Below, one piece after another: positions 1 to 8,209 of a stretch of DNA of 25,993 bases. Under the pieces are notes generated by a model that saw nothing but the letters and a program-made list of their open reading frames with translations, did no database searches and was not told the origin of the DNA. How positions within the stretch are numbered: position 1 is the stretch's first letter; each line of letters opens with the position of its first letter. The stretch comes from a virus. Its lineage: Duplodnaviria; Caudoviricetes. The stretch covers positions 1 to 25,993 of the IMG/VR virus record IMGVR_UViG_3300046757_000313; one strand, given 5' to 3'. The position numbers and the translations under genes were made by a program.

Positions 1-2
1 TC

Positions 3-269
3 ACAGGTAAGTTTGCTGATCAACTTGTGAGTGAAATTAATATCACTGCAAATAAAAATACAGTTCCTTTTGATCCTGAGTCTCCCTTTGTTACCAGTGG
101 ATTACGTTTAGGTACTGCTGCTCTTACTACTAGAGGGTTTGATGAAAACGACTTTGTTGAAGTTGCTGATATTATTGCAAGTCGATTAAACAATTATGAG
201 CAAGAAGGAAATAAAGAAGAGTGTTTGGTAAGAGTATCTAAACTTTGTAGTAACAATCCCCTGTACTAA
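3..269 (+). CDS. glyA: Serine hydroxymethyltransferase, C-terminal part (5' end outside window)
   Basis: Frame open from nt 3: [46 protein letters not shown], the NKN..P.D...P..TSG.R.GT.A.TTRG signature of the SHMT C-terminus. Confidence 0.95.
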   Translation, partial: TGKFADQLVSEINITANKNTVPFDPESPFVTSGLRLGTAALTTRGFDENDFVEVADIIASRLNNYEQEGNKEECLVRVSKLCSNNPLY

Positions 270-304
270 AACCAAAATTGAGCTTTTATTTCAAAAATAG
301 CGCG

Positions 305-343
305 AAAAAAACTCCCGGCATTTTTTGGTTGCCAGGGTTTTTT
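305..343 (+). terminator. Imperfect hairpin flanked by A and T tracts, possible bidirectional intrinsic terminator
   Basis: AAAAAAACTCCCGGCA (305-320) ... TGCCAGGGTTTTTT (330-343), downstream of glyA. Confidence 0.45.
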
Positions 344-371
344 ATGATATTATAAGTAGTATTGTACTTTT

Positions 372-935
372 ATGGAAGACGGTGTGAAAGTAGACATGGG
401 GAAACTATTGAATGTACCTTACATTCAAGATTATAGGGATAATCCTAAGTTTCAAGAGTATTGCGAACAATATGTGGATTTTTGGAGTAAACAGACTCCA
501 GAGGGATTAGACTCAATCGCTCTTGTACGTGCAGTTGAGTGTACAAATGGTATTGTGCAATATTCTTACCGAGATAAAGATCCCTGGGCTTTGGATACTG
601 AACAAACTCGACTTTGCATGAAAACTTCCATGTCTTTTATCAAAAGTAAGGAATTGCCTTTACCTGATGGTACAATAGTCAAATGTGATCCATCCGTTAT
701 TGATGCCTTGAATAAGGTAAGAGATATCTACATTAAAGGATTTAAAATGGGTGATGAAGACTGTATGATGGAATTCTACGCACAATCTATCGCACAGTTT
801 TATGTGATTGGTAGAGAAAAACTAAATGAAAAGTGCGATTTTGTTGCAGAACACTTTGAAGACGTTTTTGGTCAATTTATGCTCGAAGAAGGAAGATCTT
901 ATATAATGTCATATTTAACTGCTATGGGTAAATGA
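372..935 (+). CDS. Hypothetical protein (187 aa)
   Basis: Long ORF, ATG start, ATGA overlap with the next gene; no motif recognised. Confidence 0.8.
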   Translation: MEDGVKVDMGKLLNVPYIQDYRDNPKFQEYCEQYVDFWSKQTPEGLDSIALVRAVECTNGIVQYSYRDKDPWALDTEQTRLCMKTSMSFIKSKELPLPDGTIVKCDPSVIDALNKVRDIYIKGFKMGDEDCMMEFYAQSIAQFYVIGREKLNEKCDFVAEHFEDVFGQFMLEEGRSYIMSYLTAMGK

Positions 936-1351
936 CCAAAATCTATACTGAGAGGGTATGGTTCTCTGTTATCTACAAATCTACTGGAAAGAAAAAATGT
1001 GATTGTGGATTGGAAACTACCGCAATGGAAATAGTTGCCAATAATCCATATGAACTTACATATGTAAGGAGTGACGCCCATCTTATGGGTCAAGTTATTG
1101 ATGTTACTCCTCCCCCCGCACTCCCTACTAATGAAATTATTATGACTGACGGTTACAGTACAAGTGAAGACGACATCGTTGTAAATATGGATGGTGGAGT
1201 TGGTGGATCTTGGAAACGGATCAAACCTGAAGATGAAGAGTACGTACATATCAACGACGATCCCCATGATGGATGGTGGTTGAGACCTGAACATAGAGAT
1301 GATGTTCTACCGCAACTACAAGCGAGTGACTTAGAACCTTTTAATCCATGA
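932..1351 (+). CDS. Hypothetical phage protein (139 aa)
   Basis: ATGA-coupled at both ends. Confidence 0.8.
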   Translation: MTKIYTERVWFSVIYKSTGKKKCDCGLETTAMEIVANNPYELTYVRSDAHLMGQVIDVTPPPALPTNEIIMTDGYSTSEDDIVVNMDGGVGGSWKRIKPEDEEYVHINDDPHDGWWLRPEHRDDVLPQLQASDLEPFNP

Positions 1352-1488
1352 CCAAAGACTGGAAAGAAATTGCTATCGCATCTGAATCTGATGAAAGAAT
1401 TTTAAAAGTTCTCAAAGAGGGCCCCAAAAGTCTTGCTCAATCCTGGATGATGCAAGCAATGAAATACAAGTACGATCGAAAGAAATGA
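1348..1488 (+). CDS. Small hypothetical protein (46 aa, MTKDWKEIAIASESDERILKVLKEGPKSLAQSWMMQAMKYKYDRKK), not in ORF track
   Basis: Translated by hand; fills the gap exactly with ATGA overlaps at both ends. Confidence 0.8.
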   Translation: MTKDWKEIAIASESDERILKVLKEGPKSLAQSWMMQAMKYKYDRKK

Positions 1489-1799
1489 CACATCCACACC
1501 AAGAACACAATACACTTTCCGCAATTCGTGGATTTCTTCAGAATATTGTTAATGAAGATTTGACAAATGTTCCCAATAAAATTAAAATGAGTGCAAAATA
1601 TTTTTTGAAGACCTATCCATCTCAGGAAAGGTTGGATGAACTATATCGAGGTCAAACTTTCACTGATCTTGCTTCTCCTGCGGAACCAGATAAGGCGATT
1701 CCCAATCCAAATAGGATTGTAAATGATAACCAGACTTGGGAAACACCAGGATTCAACTGGAAAAGTGAAGTGGAATTCAAATCCGCTCAGGGGAATTAA
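1485..1799 (+). CDS. Hypothetical protein (104 aa)
   Basis: ORF in packed operon, ATGA overlap. Confidence 0.75.
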   Translation: MTHPHQEHNTLSAIRGFLQNIVNEDLTNVPNKIKMSAKYFLKTYPSQERLDELYRGQTFTDLASPAEPDKAIPNPNRIVNDNQTWETPGFNWKSEVEFKSAQGN

Positions 1800-1804
1800 C
1801 TCAT

Positions 1805-2092
1805 ATGCACTATACTCCTGAAGTTGATGATTACGTTATTTGGAATCATCATGGTTTAGTTCACAAGGGATGGGTGTATTTTAGAGATGAGAAGTATATC
1901 ACAATAGAGACAGGTATCAAACCTAAACCTAATTGTGAGTATACTAAAGTAGAGAGGCATAAGTATATTCACACACTCTTACTATGTCATCCACACTATT
2001 GGAAAGACTTAGAGTATGTTCATACAAGAAAGAATAAGTATGGTAAGAATTTAGAAGAGATGGAAATTTATAATCGTTTTGATAAACAATAA
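1805..2092 (+). CDS. Hypothetical cyanophage protein (95 aa)
   Basis: ORF in packed operon; Y.P.VDDYVIW...GWVYF...YITIETG resembles small cyanomyovirus proteins. Confidence 0.8.
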   Translation: MHYTPEVDDYVIWNHHGLVHKGWVYFRDEKYITIETGIKPKPNCEYTKVERHKYIHTLLLCHPHYWKDLEYVHTRKNKYGKNLEEMEIYNRFDKQ

Positions 2093-2095
2093 ATA
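2088..2095 (+). promoter_or_regulatory. T4-like late promoter (NATAAATA)
   Basis: AATAAATA about 21 nt upstream of ATG 2117. Confidence 0.5.
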
Positions 2096-2116
2096 TTTTC
2101 AAGACCGGGGAAGAGT

Positions 2117-2314
2117 ATGAGAGATCAAAATTCTATTCAAGATAATGAATCAAAAGAAGAGAAGTGGAATAGGGGACTTGATATCTTTATCGAGTCTGTA
2201 ATTAAACCTGACGATAAACTCCGATCTTGTGCTCATAATCAAAGTTGTTACAACGAACTTATGGATATTCGTAATGATGTTCTACAGTATTTAAAATCTA
2301 AGAGATGGAACTAA
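2117..2314 (+). CDS. Hypothetical cyanophage protein (65 aa)
   Basis: ORF preceded by a purine-rich GGGGAAGAG RBS-like sequence. Confidence 0.75.
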   Translation: MRDQNSIQDNESKEEKWNRGLDIFIESVIKPDDKLRSCAHNQSCYNELMDIRNDVLQYLKSKRWN

Positions 2315-2556
2315 ATTTAATCTTACTTTTTTCATTTGGCACCGTAATCTGGTTTATTTCTACAGATCAAAGTGTTGCCGAATTTGTAGTATTAGTGGGA
2401 GAATATATAAAGACAAAAACACGGATATATTGGTGGTGGGTAACCAACAATCCAAGAAATCCCATTGTAAAATTTTCAATTAACAGAAGGTCTCATCGAG
2501 AGGCTAAGAAATTACTCAAGATAATTAATGAAGAACGCAATCGTAATCCCAGCTAG
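2305..2556 (+). CDS. Small hypothetical membrane protein (83 aa)
   Basis: Hydrophobic N-terminus, basic C-terminus, overlaps both neighbours. Confidence 0.7.
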   Translation: MELNLILLFSFGTVIWFISTDQSVAEFVVLVGEYIKTKTRIYWWWVTNNPRNPIVKFSINRRSHREAKKLLKIINEERNRNPS

Positions 2557-3238
2557 ACTTTACAGTCAAAGACTTCCGAAGAAGGCTATGATTGATATTG
2601 AAGGTAAAACCTTAATCCAAAGAGTAGTCGGACAATGCCTTAAAGCGGATCTACCTGTTTACCTTATTACTGATAGTCAAGAAATTGCTGACTCCGTGTG
2701 TCCTCGTAGGACCACGGTTCTTTTTTTGAGAGAAGAAGCATGTTCGGGAACAGAAAGAATTGCAAATGCAATTGATATGATTTCTGCAGATGGTATTATT
2801 AATGTTCAAGGTGATCAACCGTTCGTTGATCCTCAAGAGATCTTGGTCATGAATGAACACCTGATTGCAAACAATTCAATGTATCCCGTGATCACACCAT
2901 CCAAGATCTACGAGAGGGATCATCCTTATGCAAAGGATCCGAACAAAGTTAAAGTTGTTACTGCTAGGTGTGGTCGTGCTCTCTATTTTAGTCGTCATGC
3001 CATCGGGGATGAGAGAGTTAGAATACACATGGGAATTTATGGATATCGACGATCGGTATTAGAAAGGTATCAATACATGAAACCAACTCCTCTGGAACAA
3101 AGAGAGAAGTTAGAACAGTTGAGATTCCTTGAAAATGACGTTTCGATTTACAGTTACGAAACAGAAAGGGATCTGTTTTCTGTAGACACGCCAGAAGACC
3201 TAGAACACGCTAGAGAGATAGCCTGGGAATACGACTAG
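2528..3238 (+). CDS. kdsB: 3-deoxy-manno-octulosonate cytidylyltransferase (CMP-KDO synthetase)
   Basis: VIPARLYSQRLPKK, SGTERI, INVQGDQP, PNKVKVV, ALYFSR, HMGIYGYR, EKLEQLRFLEN, SVDTPEDL motifs. Confidence 0.95.
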   Translation: MKNAIVIPARLYSQRLPKKAMIDIEGKTLIQRVVGQCLKADLPVYLITDSQEIADSVCPRRTTVLFLREEACSGTERIANAIDMISADGIINVQGDQPFVDPQEILVMNEHLIANNSMYPVITPSKIYERDHPYAKDPNKVKVVTARCGRALYFSRHAIGDERVRIHMGIYGYRRSVLERYQYMKPTPLEQREKLEQLRFLENDVSIYSYETERDLFSVDTPEDLEHAREIAWEYD

Positions 3239-3934
3239 GGGTATTTGAGAGTATCGGTCTGAGAGTGCCCTAGAAGGATCTGGATGCACCTCAGCAAAGA
3301 ATGCTTCCGCACCCCAGATCTTTGCACTCTGTGCAAGAGGTTGTGCATAAAACCAGTTACCACCAGTTGTAGATTCTCCACCTTCTTGAGTAGAGTGAGT
3401 TGAATCGAAACAAACTTTGAATCCAGCACTCTTCAGTTTATGAATGGTTCGGAAGTCAACCACTAGGTTGTCATAACCGAAAGATGTACCACGTTCGCAG
3501 ATATAAAAGTCTTCACAACCATATGCTTCCATGTTCTCACCTAGGAGAATTGCCTGACGAGGGGACATAAATTGACCCTTCTTGACATTGACTAATTTGC
3601 CAGACTCTGCAACTGCTTGAAGCAAGTCGTTTTGACGACACAAAAATGCAGGGATCTGGTATGCGTCTACATAGTTGGAAAGGACTGCAACGTCTTGTGG
3701 TTCATGGACATCGGTGATAACTTTGTAACCTGCATCACGCAGTTTCTCAAAGATCTTAATTGCAAATCCAAGTCCATGTCCACGAAAACTTTTATAACTG
3801 GATCGGTTTGCCTTGTCAAAGGATGCCTTGAAGTAATAATCTACACCTTCGGGTAGATTCTCAGTAATAGTTTTCGCTACCAGGAATGCATCTTCTTCAG
3901 ACTCTAGTAGACATGGACCTGCAAATAGTTTCAT
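3200..3934 (-). CDS. kdsA: KDO 8-phosphate synthase (2-dehydro-3-deoxyphosphooctonate aldolase)
   Basis: AGPCLLES, FKASFDKANRSS, TDVHE, QIPAFLCRQ, NVKKGQF, ERGTSFGY, FDSTHS, EVHPDP..ALSD motifs; Cys in AGPC suggests the metal-dependent class. Confidence 0.96.
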   Translation of the reverse strand: MKLFAGPCLLESEEDAFLVAKTITENLPEGVDYYFKASFDKANRSSYKSFRGHGLGFAIKIFEKLRDAGYKVITDVHEPQDVAVLSNYVDAYQIPAFLCRQNDLLQAVAESGKLVNVKKGQFMSPRQAILLGENMEAYGCEDFYICERGTSFGYDNLVVDFRTIHKLKSAGFKVCFDSTHSTQEGGESTTGGNWFYAQPLAQSAKIWGAEAFFAEVHPDPSRALSDRYSQIPLVVFPGYLSSVF

Positions 3935-3938
3935 TCTA

Positions 3939-3966
3939 TGTTATACTTCTTTCACTAATTATACCA
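3939..3966. promoter_or_regulatory. Pair of overlapping, oppositely oriented extended -10 sigma70-type promoters
   Basis: + strand TG-T-TATACT (3939-3947); - strand TG-G-TATAAT (3966-3958); both in or at the edge of the 31-bp gap between divergent genes. Confidence 0.55.
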
Positions 3967-4862
3967 TGATGGCACAGTATTTTCCAGAGTACAATAGATT
4001 AAGAGAGTGTTGGGTTGGTCGTGCATACGATTCTTCACTCGTAACTGATACATTTGTTAAAGATATCCTTGACGAAACCGAAGAGGATCTGTCAAACTTT
4101 AGTCAAATGCTAAGAGATTTGGAAGTCGAAGTCAAACGACCGACTTATAAAAATCCCGATGTAACTCGGAAACCACAACTTCTACATGCACGGGACCATC
4201 TCCAGTATCTTAATGGCAAACTTTATGTTGGTCCAAGGTATGAAGACAATATTGATGATTGGTTGGAGTTGCTTGATAATCGAACTCCTTTTGTCACTCT
4301 GGATAATCTCTGTGCGCCTTCTGTAGTTCGTGCCGACAGAGTTTACTTTGATGCAGTATCATGGACACGTAAACGTTTTGAGTATTTTCAACATGGGAAT
4401 CCTGATCTGCCTTGTGTTTATGAGCGACTCTCTTCTCGCGATTTTAACATCGAACGTCATACAGATGGTGTATTCTGTGTAGTCAAAGAAGGTGTAATTA
4501 TCTCCACTCCACAAGGACGTAACCTAGAGTATCTGTTCCCAGAATGGGATATCCTGTATCTTGATCAGAATACTGAAGATCTTAATGATATGGCGAAGAC
4601 CAAGGGCAAGTTTACTTGGTCTGCAGATCAGATTCCTGATGATTACCGAGATTGGGTAGGATATTCACCCGAAACTTTCTTTGATGTCAATTCACTTGTT
4701 GTTGATGAGAAACACTTTATGTGTACTCGATATAATAAACAAGTGTTTGATTTTCTGAAGAAACATAAGGTAGAACCCATCATTGTTCCTTTCCGACATA
4801 GATATTTGTGGGACGGTGGACTCCATTGTATGACGTTTGATTTTATTAGAGATGCATATTAA
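3966..4862 (+). CDS. Amidinotransferase-superfamily protein (divergent)
   Basis: EY..LRECWVGR, ETEEDL, ARD, HTDG, FDVNSLVVDE and C-terminal WDGGLHCMTFD with the catalytic Cys. Confidence 0.85.
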   Translation: MMAQYFPEYNRLRECWVGRAYDSSLVTDTFVKDILDETEEDLSNFSQMLRDLEVEVKRPTYKNPDVTRKPQLLHARDHLQYLNGKLYVGPRYEDNIDDWLELLDNRTPFVTLDNLCAPSVVRADRVYFDAVSWTRKRFEYFQHGNPDLPCVYERLSSRDFNIERHTDGVFCVVKEGVIISTPQGRNLEYLFPEWDILYLDQNTEDLNDMAKTKGKFTWSADQIPDDYRDWVGYSPETFFDVNSLVVDEKHFMCTRYNKQVFDFLKKHKVEPIIVPFRHRYLWDGGLHCMTFDFIRDAY

Positions 4863-5544
4863 TAGTAGTCTTTATAACGCTGATATCATTCATGAACCTT
4901 GGCCCTATACAGTTATTGATGATTTTTTCACTAAAGATACTTGGGAAAAGTTAAGTCAAATACCAAAGTATATTTTATCGGATACTCCTAATGAATATTT
5001 GAGAAACTGTATTGAGAAAGCAAAACACACTGAAGTTGGTGGAAAGGTATTTAATATCTGGGAACTTATTCAATCTGGAGTTCCCGAAGATATTGTTGAG
5101 TGTTATTGGGATGCATGTCAAGAAATTTTAGAAAACAAAGAAAAAATTTACGATCAGTTTCCTTCACATAAACCTGATGTGAGTTCATTGATGAAACCAT
5201 GTTTGAACTTAGACTTCAAAGGAAATTGGTATGAACCGCATCCAGATTCTGACACAAAAGTCATTAGTCTTATTTGTTATCTTGATCCAGAGGAAAGTGA
5301 AGGTACTGCATTGCATACTGACGAAACCCATGATAATATGGTAGAGAGACTGGATTGGAAACCAAACAGATGTATGATTTTTTGTCCAAGTGAACATACT
5401 TGGCATTCTTTTCGATGTCAGTCTGAACATAGATTAGTTCTTGCTATGTTTGTTGAACGTTATATGATTAATAATAAGAAAATTAAAGACAGACACACAT
5501 TTTCTAACGGTAAAGTCGCTGAGTTCTGGTATGATTATGGCTAA
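4852..5544 (+). CDS. 2OG-Fe(II) oxygenase superfamily protein
   Basis: EPWPYTVIDDFF N-terminus, HPD...TWHS...R facial triad, WKPNRCMIF; ATG 4852 preferred over the ORF-track start at 4837. Confidence 0.85.
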   Translation: MHINSSLYNADIIHEPWPYTVIDDFFTKDTWEKLSQIPKYILSDTPNEYLRNCIEKAKHTEVGGKVFNIWELIQSGVPEDIVECYWDACQEILENKEKIYDQFPSHKPDVSSLMKPCLNLDFKGNWYEPHPDSDTKVISLICYLDPEESEGTALHTDETHDNMVERLDWKPNRCMIFCPSEHTWHSFRCQSEHRLVLAMFVERYMINNKKIKDRHTFSNGKVAEFWYDYG

Positions 5545-5767
5545 AATTGAAGTCGGAGATTACGTCAAGTACATGGGATGTACAAAAGAACAAATCCGTT
5601 GGGGTAATAATGATGATCCAAGTGGTCAACTTATGATCAATAGTGTATACTATGTGACCAACGTAAATATTAGGTCATCTCATACCAAAATCTCTTTGCG
5701 TGGCATTCAGGGTAGATTTAACAGTGTATGCTTTGATGTCTTAAGTGGAGGATATGATTATAAATGA
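5531..5767 (+). CDS. Hypothetical cyanophage protein
   Basis: ORF coupled to both neighbours; GCTKEQIRWGNNDDP...FNSVCF. Confidence 0.75.
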   Translation: MIMAKIEVGDYVKYMGCTKEQIRWGNNDDPSGQLMINSVYYVTNVNIRSSHTKISLRGIQGRFNSVCFDVLSGGYDYK

Positions 5768-6729
5768 AAAAGATTCGTAGGGTAATTCAAAAAGACCAGA
5801 ATCTTATGCATTTGACCTGGATGGTCAATAACATTTGTCAGAATAAGTGTGCCTATTGCATTCCTGGACTGAATAGTGGTAAAGGACACCACTATAAGTG
5901 GGAAAATGCAAAAAGATTCATGGATATTCTTTTTGAAAAATATCCTAAGATTCATTGTTCTGTTACTGGTGGAGAACCAAGTATCAGTTCTTTCTTTCCA
6001 GAACTAGTTCAACGATTTGTTGATGCTGGTCACACTATAGGAACAACCACAAACGGATTTAAACCTGTAGAGTATTGGAAAGAAATTTCTAAGAATCTCA
6101 GTTATGTTTGTTTCTCATATCATCCAGAACAACCAACAGAAGATTTTCTAGATAAAGTTCTTTATTGTTCACTCAATACAATGGTGACAGTAAGAATCAT
6201 GATGCATCCTAGATACTGGGATCATTGCGTAGAAGTTTATAATGATATTAGAAATATTCCAACAATCTTTGTAGAACCTGTTCGATGTCTTGATTGGGGT
6301 AGCGTTGATAGAACTGTTCACTTATATGACGAAAACCAACTTGCATGGTTTAGAGATGTAGAGTCTTCTCTTGGTCATGAAAAATACTTAGAGACTGACG
6401 AAAAGTTTAATAGAACTCCAGACATCGCTGCCGACTTCGAGATGGATGATGAAACCATTGAGAGGGGTACAAATACTCTGAATTATATTAACTCAGGTCA
6501 AACAAACTTTAAAGGGTATGTTTGTGAAGTTGGTTTGAAGAGTTTGTTTATTGATCACTCTGGTGAAATCTTCTTGGGTAATTGTTGCATTGGTGGACCA
6601 CAGGGTCACATGGATGAACCAGATCAAATTGAATGGCCTACCAAGAGGGTAATTTGTTCAAAACATATCTGTCACTGCTCCATTGATGTCAACATAAATA
6701 AGTGGACTAGGGGATATTTCAGAAAATGA
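5764..6729 (+). CDS. Radical SAM enzyme with Cys-rich C-terminal (SPASM/twitch-like) domain
   Basis: CQNKCAYC (CxxxCxxC), TGGEP, TTNG; C-terminal C...GNCC...CSKHICHC. Confidence 0.92.
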   Translation: MKKIRRVIQKDQNLMHLTWMVNNICQNKCAYCIPGLNSGKGHHYKWENAKRFMDILFEKYPKIHCSVTGGEPSISSFFPELVQRFVDAGHTIGTTTNGFKPVEYWKEISKNLSYVCFSYHPEQPTEDFLDKVLYCSLNTMVTVRIMMHPRYWDHCVEVYNDIRNIPTIFVEPVRCLDWGSVDRTVHLYDENQLAWFRDVESSLGHEKYLETDEKFNRTPDIAADFEMDDETIERGTNTLNYINSGQTNFKGYVCEVGLKSLFIDHSGEIFLGNCCIGGPQGHMDEPDQIEWPTKRVICSKHICHCSIDVNINKWTRGYFRK

Positions 6730-7064
6730 GAGTTGACAAACCCTGGGGGTGGTATAAGGATCTTGAACGAACACCCAATCTTGTTATCAAAAAGATTTGC
6801 ATTAAACCTTTCTCTAAGTTTTCACTTCAAAAACATTCCGAAAGAGAAGAATTCTGGTATATTGTCAGTGGATGTGGTAGACTGACTCTTGATAATACGC
6901 TTCACACGGTTGGACCTGGTGACTCTTATAAAATTGAGAAAGAACAAGTCCATCGGTTGGAAGCATATGCTGATGGTATAACTTTTGTGGAGGTGCAAAG
7001 TGGAGAATGTAGAGAAAACGACATCTACAGAATCGAAGACGACTACGGAAGAGAAAACTCTTAA
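6726..7064 (+). CDS. Cupin, mannose-6-phosphate isomerase type II C-terminal-like
   Basis: KPWGWY, SLQKH..REEFW..V.G, HRL, EVQSG...ENDIYRIEDDYGR. Confidence 0.9.
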   Translation: MRVDKPWGWYKDLERTPNLVIKKICIKPFSKFSLQKHSEREEFWYIVSGCGRLTLDNTLHTVGPGDSYKIEKEQVHRLEAYADGITFVEVQSGECRENDIYRIEDDYGRENS

Positions 7065-7197
7065 ACCACCGATCCCTAACCTTATAATGTTGGGCTTGTT
7101 TTTACTCGGCACTCTTGGTATAATCTATAGTGGTTATGTACATGGGCAAATGCACTTGTTGACAACACTAAAAAACGCTAGAGATCTTTATGTCTAA
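7039..7197 (+). CDS. Small membrane protein; start uncertain (ACG 7039, ATG 7087 or GTG 6985)
   Basis: One hydrophobic helix LIMLGLFLLGTLGIIYSGY followed by HGQMHLLTTLKNA; fills the gap between flanking genes. Confidence 0.6.
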   Translation, partial: TTTEEKTLKPPIPNLIMLGLFLLGTLGIIYSGYVHGQMHLLTTLKNARDLYV

Positions 7198-7381
7198 AGA
7201 AGAACGTAACACCCGTCATAGCGTTGATAAGGGTGAAGACTTTATTAAAAGTGGTATGACTCTTATCACAGACACTGTTAGTGATAAGTATCTCAAATCC
7301 CCAGTACGACCACATAAAACTATTAGTGATCTTGAGAAAGATCATGCAAAAAAAGGCGGAGATTACGGAGTAGGTAAATGA
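7190..7381 (+). CDS. Hypothetical protein (63 aa)
   Basis: ORF with ATGA overlap to talC. Confidence 0.7.
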   Translation: MSKEERNTRHSVDKGEDFIKSGMTLITDTVSDKYLKSPVRPHKTISDLEKDHAKKGGDYGVGK

Positions 7382-8025
7382 AAATCTTTCTTGATACTGC
7401 AGATTATGATGCAATCTCTATGAGATATGACACTGGTCTTCTCGATGGAGTTACAACTAATCCCAGTCTGATTAAAAAGAGTGGTGAGGATCCTTTTGAG
7501 GCAATCAAAAAAATCTCAGAATCCTTTCCAACACTGCAGTCTATCTCTGCCGAGGTAGTTGCAGATATGGCATGTGACATGGTTGAACAGGCCAAACCTT
7601 TCATGGAACTAGATAATGTAACGATTAAAGTTCCTTGTACTGTTGAAGGTCTCAGAGCTTGTCGTCAATTGCGAGATCTTGGTGCAACGGTCAATGTTAC
7701 TCTTATTTTTTCTGCTGCTCAGGCTGTACTTGCTGCTAAGGCTGGTGCAACTTACGTCTCTCCTTTTGTCGGTCGTCTTACCGATAATGGTTTTGATGGT
7801 CTTGAACTGATTAAGACGATCTATGAAATTTATAGGAAAGATGGGTGTCAGACGGAAATTCTTTCTGCATCTGTTCGTAGTCCTGAGGTTGTTGCACTCT
7901 GTTATCGTGAAGGTTCTGATATCGTAACAATCCCACCTGGAGTTTTTGATCGTATGTATGAAAGTGTCCTAACTAGAGAAGGTCTTGCTATCTTCCAGAA
8001 AGATTGGGATTCTATCAATAAGTGA
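7378..8025 (+). CDS. talC: Transaldolase, phage TalC/FSA type
   Basis: MKIFLDTAD, GVTTNPSLI, TIKVP (Schiff-base Lys), NVTLIFS..QA.LAAKAGATYVSPFVGR. Confidence 0.96.
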   Translation: MKIFLDTADYDAISMRYDTGLLDGVTTNPSLIKKSGEDPFEAIKKISESFPTLQSISAEVVADMACDMVEQAKPFMELDNVTIKVPCTVEGLRACRQLRDLGATVNVTLIFSAAQAVLAAKAGATYVSPFVGRLTDNGFDGLELIKTIYEIYRKDGCQTEILSASVRSPEVVALCYREGSDIVTIPPGVFDRMYESVLTREGLAIFQKDWDSINK

Positions 8026-8026
8026 C

Positions 8027-8206
8027 ATGTACGAAGAACTAAATTGTTTTGAAGAAGCACTTAAGCACTTCGGAACAAGAGTTGAGATCATCACTGCTAT
8101 GGAAATGGCAAAGAAAATATCACCTGAAGATGCCTATCAGATGATTAAAGATGAACTTAAAGAAGTTAAATCATGTCGTAAGAAATTTAAAAAAGAGGAG
8201 TGTTAA
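8027..8206 (+). CDS. Hypothetical cyanophage protein (59 aa)
   Basis: ATG directly after the talC stop; MYEELNCFEEALKHFGTRVE...SPEDAYQMIK. Confidence 0.75.
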   Translation: MYEELNCFEEALKHFGTRVEIITAMEMAKKISPEDAYQMIKDELKEVKSCRKKFKKEEC

Positions 8207-8209
8207 ACT

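Noticed and set aside
5764-6729. Radical SAM/SPASM enzyme as a RiPP maturase acting on nearby small ORFs
   Set aside because: No RRE domain, leader-core precursor, protease or transporter recognisable; neighbouring small ORFs look like ordinary phage hypotheticals
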